Source: Ignavibacteriota bacterium
Lineage (GTDB): Bacteria > Bacteroidota > Ignavibacteria > Palsa-1295
DNA: 64,000 bases
Reading direction: 5' to 3'
Assembly: GCA_963736195.1 (NCBI GenBank)
Contig: CAVTNP010000001.1
Location: 1,717,068-1,781,067 of the forward strand
Part shown: positions 1 to 10,090 of the stretch, piece by piece
Numbering within the stretch: position 1 is the first letter of the stretch
Layout of the letters: each line of letters begins with the position of its first letter
Translations under genes and position numbers: made by a program
The notes under the pieces: model-generated
Database searches by the model: none
The model's input: the letters and a program-made list of their open reading frames with translations, nothing else
What the model was told of the DNA's origin: nothing

Positions 1-742
1 GCGGATGACGGAATCGACATTCGCATATTGCATTCTCGACGAAAAGATCACCGTATCGAAACTCATGTAATTCGAAGACGAAAAGAACAGGCTAAGTGGA
101 TAATTGCGAACGAAGGGGAGGGCGCGATATTGCGTGATTGGTGTAATGCCATCCGAGACACTCAGCGCGCAAGTCGCGCCATTCGTCGGCGTGGCGGAGA
201 AGTTTGAAAAAATAGTAGTATCTGCAATGGGATTGTCAAACGTGGGAGTGGAATGATTTGTCCATACACTATTGAGGGAATCCTGACTCATGATGATCGC
301 CCATCCGAACTTACCGGATCTATCCAAGGGGAGCGGGCGAATGTGCGGGAAGGAATCTGAAACAGCGAATAGGTGAATGAGAAGAAACTGCCAAATACTA
401 TATTCTTGGCAGGTTTCGTGGTCTGGCTCTAATTCTTCACATTCCCGATACGTCTCAAAAGTGTCAATCACCCCACCAACTTGAGTCGGAGCAAAGTAAA
501 TATTGGTATCGCCAAGATCTAATATTTCCAGCGGGTTGAAGTACCAATTTTGACCACACGAACAGGAGCACTCTAGCTCATCGGGGTCACCGCAAATAGA
601 AGGGGGATAAGCACAAACGAATTCGGTGTCGCCAACGGCGATCGTATCAGCGGTAATACTTGGATATGAGTATTGGGCATAAATCGCTTGGCCGCTGAAA
701 GCGGTTACCAAGATAAGCGCCATGAAGACTCGACGTAACATG
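1..742 (-). CDS. hypothetical secreted protein (partial; N-terminus in window, C-terminus beyond position 1)
   Basis: Reverse-complement translation from the ATG at ~742 gives MLRRVFMALILVTAFSGQAIYAQ..., a signal-peptide-like N-terminus, and stays open to the window edge. Not in the ORF track because it is incomplete. Confidence 0.4.
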
Positions 743-794
743 ATGCGAAAATCACATTTTAAGGATCATCGAGAATAAGTTTACTTTTAAAACC

Positions 795-832
795 CAAAAG
801 CGGCGGCAATCGTTCGATCGCCGCCGCTTTTT
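795..832. terminator. bidirectional rho-independent terminator-like hairpin downstream of rpsA
   Basis: aaaagcggcggcaatcgttcgatcgccgccgctttt: an 8 bp GC stem flanked by an A-run on one side and a T-run on the other. Confidence 0.5.
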
Positions 833-885
833 GAACAGTCATGAAGTATGAAGTATGAAAGGTTCTAGCCTTCATACCCACGTCA

Positions 886-3177
886 TCATCCCTCTTCCAC
901 GATAGCTGGAATTTCTCCCGGCGCGGGAGGCGCGGGTTCCAGCATTTCTTCGGGGAGATCGAAATGCCCAAGTTCTTTCGGGCTTGGAGCTTGCTCGACG
1001 AGCGCAGCAAGATCGATGGTGCCTTCGGACGTTTCCGTAGCCTCGCCATTCGCAGCGGCGGATTCATCCTTTTTCTTGCCGCGAGCACCGCCGCGTTTCG
1101 GACGCTTGTCGGTGCCGTTATCGCGTCGTTTCTTGGACATCTCTTCGAGCGTCTCCTTCGGGATCGGATGCTTCGCGTTGAACTCTTCGAGCGCCGAACG
1201 ATCTTGCGATTTCAGCCATTCGGTGGCCGAAAGTACGATCTTTTTGTTCTCGGAATCGAATTCGATCACGCGTAGATTGAGCATTTCGTCGATATGGAAG
1301 GAATCGCGAATGTTCTTGACCGGGAAGAAGGCAAGCTGCGATACAGGAACGAAACCATCAACGCCCATCGGCAATTCGACGATCACACCTTTATCGATAA
1401 TCCGGACGATCTTGCCCTCGGTATCCTTGCCTTCACCAAAAATAGTTTCAAGGTGATCCCACGGGTTTTCGAGCACTTGCTTATGGCCGAGCGAGATGCG
1501 GCGGTTTTCGAGATCGATGCCTAAGATCATGACATCAATTTCTTCACCCTTCTTTAATACTTCACCGGGATGCTGGACCTTTTTCGTCCAGGAAAGATCG
1601 CTGATATGCACAAGGCCATCGACACCCGGTTCGAGTTCGATGAATGCACCGAAGCTGGTAAGATTGCGGACAATACCGCGATGCTTGCTGCCCATGGGAT
1701 ATTTTTCGAGGAACAGCGTCCACGGATCAGGCTCGAGCTGCTTCAAGCCAAGCGATATCTTCTTGGAGTCTTGATCGATATTAAGGATGAGCGCTTCGAC
1801 ATCCTGACCGATCGAGAGTATCTGGGAAGGATGTTTGATGTGCTGGATCCACGACATTTCGCTAACATGGATCAGGCCCTCAATACCCTTTTCAAGCTCG
1901 ATAAACGCACCGTAATCTGTCATCGAAACCACTTTACCCTTGACGCGCTGGCCAACCTGATACCGTTGTTCGATCTCGGCCCACGGATGAGGCATAAGCT
2001 GCTTCATTCCGAGTGAAATGCGCTTTTTGCCCTCGTCATAATCGAGCACAACGACGGTTACGACCTGATCGAGCTTTACTACTTCGCTCGGATGCGTCAC
2101 ACGGCCCCACGATAGATCGGTGATATGGACGAGGCCATCCACGCCACCGAGATCGACGAACGCGCCGAAATCTGCAATAGCCTTGACCGTGCCTTCGAGC
2201 ACTTGTCCGCGTTCCAGTTTCTCGACGATCTCTTTGCGCTGATCGAGAATATGCTCTTCCAACAATACTTTGTGGCTAACGACAATATTCTCTTGCTGGA
2301 AATTGATCTTGACGACTCGTATCTCGAGTGACCTGCCGAGAAAGGCATCGAAATCACGGATGGGTTTGACGTCGATCTGGCTGCCGGGAAGGAATGCTTC
2401 CACCCCGAGTACATCCACGACCATTCCGCCTTTAATGCGGCGCAAACATTTTGCTTCGAGCACTTCGCCAGATTTTTGCGCTTCGATAATACGCTGCCAT
2501 GTGCGGGTGAATTCTGCGCGCTTGCGGCTAAGAACCAAACGGCCTTCACGATCTTCGATGGATTCGAGATAGACCTCGACCTCATCGCCTACTTTCAGGT
2601 CTGGCGTAAGAACAAATTCATTCCGTGGGATCACGCCTTCAGACTTGAAACCAATATCTACGGTAACCTCATCATTTGCCAGCGATACAACATGGCCTTT
2701 AACGATCTGTCCATCAACAAGTGTTGTGAGAGACGTTCCATATAATTTCTCCAGTTCGGAACGTTCTGCTGCGGTATATCCGCCGCCAAGTTTTGTGTTG
2801 GGATCGAGCACAGTAAACTTTGCTCGGCGAGAGGGAACACTCTTTGCGCGCCCGTTCGTGTGTGGCGGCTCAATGATACTCTTTGCTTGAGGCGCATCCA
2901 CAACAGGTTGTGCGGATATAGAACTTGCCGCAACTGGGAAACTCTGTGTGATCTGTTCTGATTCAGTGAGGGACGCAGTTGGATTGTCAAGAGTGGCTGT
3001 TTCTGAAGTCTCAGAAGCTTCAGAAGCAAGAGCATGAGTGGCGATGGTCGCATGATCGCTCATGCTAATTGGATTTGATTCGATTTCAGTCATGTAGGTT
3101 AATGGTCGCGCAGATGACGCGCGGTGGTTGCCGGGCATTCGATAGTTTATGATGCCGGTCTCTGCGCTACCCGTCAC
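886..3177 (-). CDS. rpsA: 30S ribosomal protein S1 (multiple S1 RNA-binding domains), with N- and C-terminal low-complexity extensions
   Basis: Repeated S1-domain motifs ([54 protein letters not shown]). The true start is probably downstream of the longest-ORF start, for example the M near 3096. Confidence 0.88.
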   Translation of the reverse strand: MTGSAETGIINYRMPGNHRASSARPLTYMTEIESNPISMSDHATIATHALASEASETSETATLDNPTASLTESEQITQSFPVAASSISAQPVVDAPQAKSIIEPPHTNGRAKSVPSRRAKFTVLDPNTKLGGGYTAAERSELEKLYGTSLTTLVDGQIVKGHVVSLANDEVTVDIGFKSEGVIPRNEFVLTPDLKVGDEVEVYLESIEDREGRLVLSRKRAEFTRTWQRIIEAQKSGEVLEAKCLRRIKGGMVVDVLGVEAFLPGSQIDVKPIRDFDAFLGRSLEIRVVKINFQQENIVVSHKVLLEEHILDQRKEIVEKLERGQVLEGTVKAIADFGAFVDLGGVDGLVHITDLSWGRVTHPSEVVKLDQVVTVVVLDYDEGKKRISLGMKQLMPHPWAEIEQRYQVGQRVKGKVVSMTDYGAFIELEKGIEGLIHVSEMSWIQHIKHPSQILSIGQDVEALILNIDQDSKKISLGLKQLEPDPWTLFLEKYPMGSKHRGIVRNLTSFGAFIELEPGVDGLVHISDLSWTKKVQHPGEVLKKGEEIDVMILGIDLENRRISLGHKQVLENPWDHLETIFGEGKDTEGKIVRIIDKGVIVELPMGVDGFVPVSQLAFFPVKNIRDSFHIDEMLNLRVIEFDSENKKIVLSATEWLKSQDRSALEEFNAKHPIPKETLEEMSKKRRDNGTDKRPKRGGARGKKKDESAAANGEATETSEGTIDLAALVEQAPSPKELGHFDLPEEMLEPAPPAPGEIPAIVEEG

Positions 3178-3425
3178 GCGCTTTGACCGGATTGAATTTA
3201 TACCCTTTTGGGGAAGCGCAGAACGGAATCCATCCCTAAGTGGTGCCCAATAAAAACGCCGTGAATGCCTTTCAAGATGACAAGGGGGAAATGGCCTATT
3301 TTGAATGATTATTGGTACTTGGTGACCTTATCACGATGGGGAGGTGAGAGCGTCGAACCGGTCTTCCGAACACACACCACGAGGACGGCAAAGTCACGCG
3401 CCCGAGGTGTGGATTGAGTAACGGG

Positions 3426-3471
3426 AATTCCTACACGCTTGGGTGGTGATGGGCGATAGATGAGCGTGGGG
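3426..3471 (+). promoter_or_regulatory. copy 1 of a conserved ~46 nt upstream element (aattcctacRcgcttgggtRRtgatgggcg...atgagc)
   Basis: About 40 of 46 nt identical to 4021..4068. Each copy sits 35-65 nt upstream of a start codon (hicB, and the 550 aa ORF). Confidence 0.4.
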
Positions 3472-3507
3472 TAGAATTATATTGGAAGTACAGCGTGTTT
3501 AGCACGT

Positions 3508-3729
3508 ATGCAACGATCAACGGAAAACGAGCTTACTTTCATTGTTGAGGATGCGGAGGATGGCGGATTTATCGCTCACGCACTGGACGAAAGTATTGTA
3601 ACAGAGGCCGATACCATTGACCAACTTCACGAAATGGTGCGCGATGCGGTGGACTGCCATTTCGAGCCAGGACAAAAACCCAAGATCATCCATCTGCATT
3701 TTGTACACGATGAAGTGATCGCGGCGTGA
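3508..3729 (+). CDS. hicB: HicB-family antitoxin (UPF0150-like, short form)
   Basis: GGFIAHALDESIVTEADTIDQLHEMVRDAVDCHFE matches the HicB N-terminal domain pattern. It overlaps the downstream hicA by 4 nt (ATGA). Confidence 0.65.
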   Translation: MQRSTENELTFIVEDAEDGGFIAHALDESIVTEADTIDQLHEMVRDAVDCHFEPGQKPKIIHLHFVHDEVIAA

Positions 3730-3968
3730 AAACTCCACGCGATCTCTCTGGAAGTGATCTTATCTTTGCCCTACGCAAGTTTGGGTATGTACGTGTCAGG
3801 CAAACCGGCAGCCACGTTCAATTAGTTACTCAAGAGTATGGAGAACATCATCTAACCGTTCCATGGCATTCACCATTACGAATCGGGACGCTCAACCAGA
3901 TACTGAGCATGGTTGCCGAGCATTTTGAAATTACAAAAGGTGAAGTGTTGATGAAGATAATGGAATAA
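3726..3968 (+). CDS. hicA: HicA-family mRNA interferase toxin
   Basis: 80 aa with GSHVQL...TVPWHSPLRIGTLNQILS, matching the HicA (YcfA-like) signature GSH...TVP.H...GTL. Translationally coupled to hicB. Confidence 0.72.
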   Translation: MKTPRDLSGSDLIFALRKFGYVRVRQTGSHVQLVTQEYGEHHLTVPWHSPLRIGTLNQILSMVAEHFEITKGEVLMKIME

Positions 3969-4020
3969 CTCAGTGCAGGATGCTAAAACTGCTCGCCCGA
4001 TGCATGAAATGAGCAACCGC

Positions 4021-4068
4021 AATTCCTACGCGCTTGGGTAATGATGGGCGGTGAATGAGCCTTTGGGG
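4021..4068 (+). promoter_or_regulatory. copy 2 of the conserved ~46 nt upstream element
   Basis: See 3426..3471. Lies about 17 nt upstream of the start of the 550 aa ORF. Confidence 0.4.
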
Positions 4069-4084
4069 AAAAGATGAAAGATGA

Positions 4085-5737
4085 ATGGAACCCATAATAG
4101 GTGCTCGATATGTTGGGGTGGGAAGTAACATGAGCCGAATTCCAGAAATCTCATTCTCAGATCTTTCAACAGGCCTTGATAAACTCGGCTCTGGTGAATG
4201 GATTACTGTCTATGAAACATCAGAAAATCATTTGGAGAATGCTTATCACTACTCTGCGATAGTGTCCGAAGAGCGAGTAGCCGAATGTTTGGAGCGATAT
4301 TCTTGGGACTTATCGATTGGCGACGGAAAGCCGGGATTTTCAGGCGATCAAATTTACTATCGGCATGCGAAGGAAGGAATAGAGCCGATTGTACTTGCTC
4401 GGTCTTTTTATTCCCTCAAGAAGAGTTATAAAGAAATTTCCGAGGAATTTCGTCTTTATTTTGATCTTTACGATGACAAACAAAACGGTAAGCTAATCTT
4501 AATAGATACGAATGGAGACGACGAAGAGGCTGTTATCATAACTCCGAGTCGAATCCAGATCAAGGCCCGACTTCTGAAGGAATTTCTTCATGCGAAGAAA
4601 GCACAACTTGCTCTCTATTTCAGCGTCGACCGCTTTTCTGAAAAATCGATTCCGGAATGCGGCGTTAGTGAGTTTCATAAAATTGAGAAAGGCCAAGATT
4701 TCATTTACGAAATTGGCGCACGACCCTGGCATTTTTTTTCTAATGACGAGCGCAGAACGCACGCGTTTTTTCAAGGGAAGAAGTTCATTCACGGTTCAAA
4801 GGATTTGCCATTCTTTAATCGATGGGTGAGCGACAAAAAACACATTGAATTTATTGTGGGTGTTGATCATGAATCAAAAGAAATCCTATCGACGTGTGAC
4901 GAAGCGAAACTTTCATCAACGGATGGTGATGGGAGTTCGTCCCATTTTTATCTAACACCGGTATTTTTTCGGCAGGAGGTGTTGACGAAGTATTATTCAC
5001 AACCAGATAAATTTTCTGTCGAAGATGGTTATCTGCATTGTGGAGGACTTTGGGGCCTGCATATGGATAATAACCATCCTGACGCTGTCATGGTTTTTCT
5101 CGGCGATCTGGGAACATTAAGTTATAAAGAACAACTTCACTGGCGAAGCTCGAACATCGTCTATACTCAAGGCATGAGCCACACTGCTTTTAAACGGGCT
5201 ATCGAAGGTGAATTCGAAGATCCCGAAAGAGCAGATTTAGTTTTTAAACAACGATTTGCTCATTTTAATGAGAAGTGGACGACCCAATTTGGCTGGAACC
5301 TATTTCTTCCACTCTCTAAGGATGATTCCCATTATCTCAGTTCGCTCAGAATTCCACTCACAAATGAGCAGAAAGAATTTGATGAGCAAGTACTGGCATT
5401 GACTAAAGTGTTCATTGATTCTCTTAACGAGGTGGAATTAGCCGCAGGGTTGAAATTAACTAAAGCGAATAGCAAGGGATTAGATAAGCTTGAGGGATTC
5501 TTGGAACGACATGGAGTGGCTAATCCAGCTATGTTTGATTTTTTAAGAAATCTTCAATCCTTAAGGTCAACTTCTGTTGCACACCGGAAAGGTAAAAATT
5601 ATGACAAGATCAAGGGTTATTTCTTTATAGATGAAAAAAATAGGATAGACATTTTTGAAGAAATCCTTATAAAATGCGTCAAGACTTTGAATACGCTTAC
5701 TCGAATTATCACAGAGTTAGCGGAACCAAAAAGTTAA
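4085..5737 (+). CDS. hypothetical 550 aa protein with a C-terminal HEPN-like motif (R-x5-H: LRSTSVAHRKG); AT-rich, island-borne
   Basis: Long ORF with AT-rich composition next to hicAB. No P-loop or other nucleotide-binding motif was seen. The C-terminal region FLRNLQSLRSTSVAHRKGKNYDKIKGYFFIDE resembles HEPN/Abi_2-type RNase motifs. Confidence 0.6.
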   Translation: MEPIIGARYVGVGSNMSRIPEISFSDLSTGLDKLGSGEWITVYETSENHLENAYHYSAIVSEERVAECLERYSWDLSIGDGKPGFSGDQIYYRHAKEGIEPIVLARSFYSLKKSYKEISEEFRLYFDLYDDKQNGKLILIDTNGDDEEAVIITPSRIQIKARLLKEFLHAKKAQLALYFSVDRFSEKSIPECGVSEFHKIEKGQDFIYEIGARPWHFFSNDERRTHAFFQGKKFIHGSKDLPFFNRWVSDKKHIEFIVGVDHESKEILSTCDEAKLSSTDGDGSSSHFYLTPVFFRQEVLTKYYSQPDKFSVEDGYLHCGGLWGLHMDNNHPDAVMVFLGDLGTLSYKEQLHWRSSNIVYTQGMSHTAFKRAIEGEFEDPERADLVFKQRFAHFNEKWTTQFGWNLFLPLSKDDSHYLSSLRIPLTNEQKEFDEQVLALTKVFIDSLNEVELAAGLKLTKANSKGLDKLEGFLERHGVANPAMFDFLRNLQSLRSTSVAHRKGKNYDKIKGYFFIDEKNRIDIFEEILIKCVKTLNTLTRIITELAEPKS

Positions 5738-5763
5738 AAGCTCCGTAGGAGCGGAATAAAAGT

Positions 5764-6417
5764 ATGAATTGTACAACAGAACCGTTATCAACCATCGTTA
5801 GGGACGTAATAATGTCTATTGCAGCGATTGCTACGGCGATTGCTGCAATTGTTGGTGTCAACTGGGGTCTGCGAATTTGGAGAAAGCAATTGCGTGAAAA
5901 AGTTGAATTTGACCTTGCAAGGCGAATTCTCAGATCTCTCAACCATTTTCGAACGCTGGTTGAGCATGCCAGGTCGAGTTTGATTAGTGGGAATGAATAT
6001 CCAAAGAATGATGAATCGTTACTTTCAGAAGGCGAAGATCCAGAAATTCTTAATGAACGTGGTGTACGAAATCGCCGCGAAATGTTGTATGTGTTCCGTC
6101 ATCGAACTCGACGTGCAAGAAAGGAGTCAAATAACCTCTGGGCACTTATCGAGGAGGCAGAAGCATTTTGGGGTCACGAAATTCGCGTGCGGCTTAGAGC
6201 ACTTATTATTCATTGGAACAAGTTAGTGGCCACGATTGAGCGTCATTATTTGAATGATCCTGGTTATCAAAATGGCGAACCAATGAAGGCATTCTCAATA
6301 ATATACGCGAGTGGTGATGCTGAAGATACTTATCAAAATGAACTCGTAGAAAAACTTGAGGCAATTGCTGAGATCGTTCGAGATAAAGTGTCGTCCCTCC
6401 GGGACTCTGGCTCTTAA
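5764..6417 (+). CDS. hypothetical membrane-anchored protein (single N-terminal TM helix, charged cytoplasmic domain)
   Basis: IMSIAAIATAIAAIVGVNWGL forms a hydrophobic helix followed by RIWRKQLREK. The gene is 26 nt downstream of the 550 aa ORF and shares its AT-rich composition. Confidence 0.5.
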   Translation: MNCTTEPLSTIVRDVIMSIAAIATAIAAIVGVNWGLRIWRKQLREKVEFDLARRILRSLNHFRTLVEHARSSLISGNEYPKNDESLLSEGEDPEILNERGVRNRREMLYVFRHRTRRARKESNNLWALIEEAEAFWGHEIRVRLRALIIHWNKLVATIERHYLNDPGYQNGEPMKAFSIIYASGDAEDTYQNELVEKLEAIAEIVRDKVSSLRDSGS

Positions 6418-6420
6418 AAA

Positions 6421-6610
6421 AATCCCGCACACCCCGCGCTTCCGCACGGGGCTACAAATATGCCGCCCCGCTGGGGCTGGATTCGTAGGGACGTGCTGCG
6501 CACGTCCGCCCCGATAATTATCGACGCATTTGAGATCGTCCGAGATCTGGAATGAGCGTTTCGGGAAAATGGACGTGCGTCCGCCGCGGCGGATCCCTAC
6601 GGTTACCGGA
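6421..6610. repeat. cluster of GC-rich palindromic hairpin units (REP-like), probable terminator(s) of the island cassette
   Basis: ggacgtgcTGCgcacgtcc is a perfect hairpin at 6488..6512. tccgccgcggcgga is a 14 nt palindrome at 6572..6596. The core GTCCGC..CGGCGGATC recurs at 9396 and 9991. Confidence 0.45.
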
Positions 6611-6640
6611 TTTTCAAAAAATAATTTTGGATTTCCTTGC

Positions 6641-6672
6641 TTTTGGATTTTGGATGTTGTATCTTTGGTAGT
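6641..6672 (+). promoter_or_regulatory. candidate Bacteroidota-type promoter (TTG ... TAtcTTTG) upstream of the 16S leader
   Basis: cttgcttttggattttggatgttgTATCTTTGg matches the -33 TTG / -7 TAnnTTTG consensus described for Bacteroidota sigma-A. It lies about 1 kb upstream of the 16S gene, which is a long but possible leader. Confidence 0.2.
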
Positions 6673-6682
6673 ACATCAATGA

Positions 6683-6855
6683 GCACCTATGTCTATAAGA
6701 ATAGCCTTGACATGGCTTTCACCACGAACGAGTTCTTTAGGAAAAGACATTATGAATACTTGTTGGAACAAACGGGCGAAATTGGCTTGGAATCGAAGGT
6801 GAGAGTGGGATGATCGGGAACTCACAAGAAAGAAAAACGGCACCTATTTCTGGGG
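6683..6855 (+). repeat. copy A of a ~175-200 bp repeat (MITE-like); inverted partner at 18425..18620
   Basis: Hand alignment of A against the reverse complement of 18425..18620 gives about 80% identity. Shared blocks include gtctataagaa, gaacgagttct, ggcgaaattggct and cgggaactcacaagaaagaaaaa. Confidence 0.5.
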
Positions 6856-7639
6856 GAAATAGGTGAGGTAAGAAGTAAGCGGCTAAGAAGAGGTAAGAAA
6901 TGAGATAGAAGGAAATTTTAGAATAATTTGGTATTATGGAACGGGCGGTGAGGGGTTATGGTTAAAGGCGTCCCAACAATAGGGAAGGCTCGTAAAACTC
7001 TCGTAGAGCCGCCGGTTAGAAGGTGCTAAAATCGTCAACGATCAGCAAACCACCCACCGGAAAAATAAAATCTTAAAAATCTCTTAATATAGCGCGGAAG
7101 CGAGAACTTCCGTTCGAGGACGCGGGTTATACCGCTCCCCTCGAAAGAGGGATTTTGTCTGCTGTTTGAAAAAGCTCTTGGCTAATTCAATAAGATCAGC
7201 AAAAACAAGTGTTCATTGAAATAGAAGGGCTACCCACATTTGGTGGGTAGCAGGAATGAGCAATCATGATTGCTCATTCGAAGTCAGCATGATGAGCCCG
7301 CGCAGTGATGCGTGGGGGTTACTTGCGGATGGGAAGACATTCCCATCCCTGTAGCGGCCAGGTCGCAAACTAAAGTTTGCGCTACATGGTCTCATCAGCA
7401 GCAAGCAACCGTGAATTTAGACCCTCACCCAACCTCTCCCGCTTGCGGGCGAGGAGCAGTGATTAAAGGGTCGTGAGGTTCACACACTTGCAATCTGGAA
7501 CAACAAGCGTTTATTTATAGACGCCACGTTGTTCTGAGATTTCAGTATCAAACCTGAAATAGTACAGCGCTAAGTAGTTCGGACGCATGTTCGCGCTATG
7601 AAGCTATCATTCTTTATGAATGATTAAGTGAAAATATGT

Positions 7640-9138
<1,499 letters not shown>

Positions 9139-9395
9139 TGCTCTGGATCCGCAGAGGATCCATCCTTCTATTCTCCTCTCCCTTATGGGAGAGGCTGGGT
9201 GAGGGAAATGTTTGGATAACATCAAGGTTCTTCACGGGCCTGTTATTCAAATGCACATAATGAATCAGCAATGATTCAAACGGATCAGAAATGGTCCGGG
9301 ACCAGCAATGGTCCGAAGGTGAATCTCACTAACCGAATCGAATACGCTAAGCGTATCGACATCATGCCTGACCCTTCTTTTCAGTGGCTTTTTAT

Positions 9396-9445
9396 GACGA
9401 GTCCGCCTCGTCGGATCAGGAACCCTCACCGCTCTGCGATGAGGG
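9396..9445 (+). repeat. hairpin repeat copy 1 (gacgagtccgcctcgtcggatc...cgctctgcgatgaggg); direct partner at 9991..10040
   Basis: About 75% identical to 9991..10040. The two copies flank the small membrane-protein gene. Confidence 0.45.
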
Positions 9446-9453
9446 TTTTTTTT
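9421..9453 (+). terminator. rho-independent terminator downstream of the 16S gene
   Basis: aaccctcaccgctctgcgatgaggg followed by a T-run of 8 and then tatttt. Confidence 0.6.
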
Positions 9454-9505
9454 ATTTTGATTTTAGTTCGATAATTTCACTTCTTCGTTCCAACTTCAAT
9501 ACAAA

Positions 9506-9887
9506 GATGAGATCTACAAAAACCTACTTTCTCGCAATGGCTGCGTTCTGGGTTATTTTTGGACTTATAACAGCCTTCTACCCCGCATTGATGAACCTGT
9601 TCCAAACAGAGGCGGGAATCAATGCGGTGACCGCATATTCGAATCATGTCTGGCGGCACGATGGTTTCGATATTATTTCCATTAGCGTTTTGTTTTTTGC
9701 GCTTTCCCGTGAAACGGTTAGCCGTAGTATGTTGCGTGCCTCGGCAATAGTAGCATTGCTTGTGACAGTTGCTATTATTTCGTCACTCGTTACGACCAAT
9801 TACTGGAACCCCTTGTTCATAGTGCCGGGCGTAAGCTGTTTTGCATTTTCTGTTTGGGGCTTTATGCTGGCCGCTAAAACGAGGTAA
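9506..9887 (+). CDS. small integral membrane protein (about 4 TM helices), hypothetical
   Basis: MRSTKTYFLAMAAFWVIFGLITAFYPAL... contains four hydrophobic segments. The start is taken after the terminator, so it is shorter than the 9384 ORF-track start. Confidence 0.5.
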
Positions 9888-9990
9888 CTCATACCCTCCC
9901 CAAGACGGGGCAGAGAACCACATGCGTTTGCACAATATCTCGCATCGCCGCGTAATGGTATCATACCTTTCTGTTTTGATGGCGTTTTAA

Positions 9991-10040
9991 GACGAGTCCG
10001 CTGCGGCGGATCGGGGACCCCGGTCGCTATGCGATCTGGG
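9991..10040 (+). repeat. hairpin repeat copy 2 (gacgagtccgctgcggcggatcggggaccccggtcgctatgcgatctggg)
   Basis: Homologous to 9396..9445 and shares the GTCCGC..CGGCGGATC core with 6572..6596. Confidence 0.45.
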
Positions 10041-10090
10041 CTTCCAATGATACTGGAACTCTTAGGTCGAAACGCTTCTGAAGTGGTGAT

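Noticed and set aside
964-3053. Multiple 60-170 aa ORFs in the ORF track on both strands inside rpsA (e.g. 964..1275, 1016..1456, 1570..2016, 2097..2585, 2658..3053)
   Set aside because: They are antisense or alternative-frame overlaps of a clearly homologous S1 ribosomal protein gene, and they have no motifs of their own.
3340-3400. Possible tRNA fragment around ggtgagagcgtcgaaccggtcttccg (T-arm-like GGTTCGA on the minus strand)
   Set aside because: I could not build complementary T stem or acceptor stems by hand. It is most likely chance similarity. An island integration-site remnant is possible, but it is unsupported without tRNAscan.
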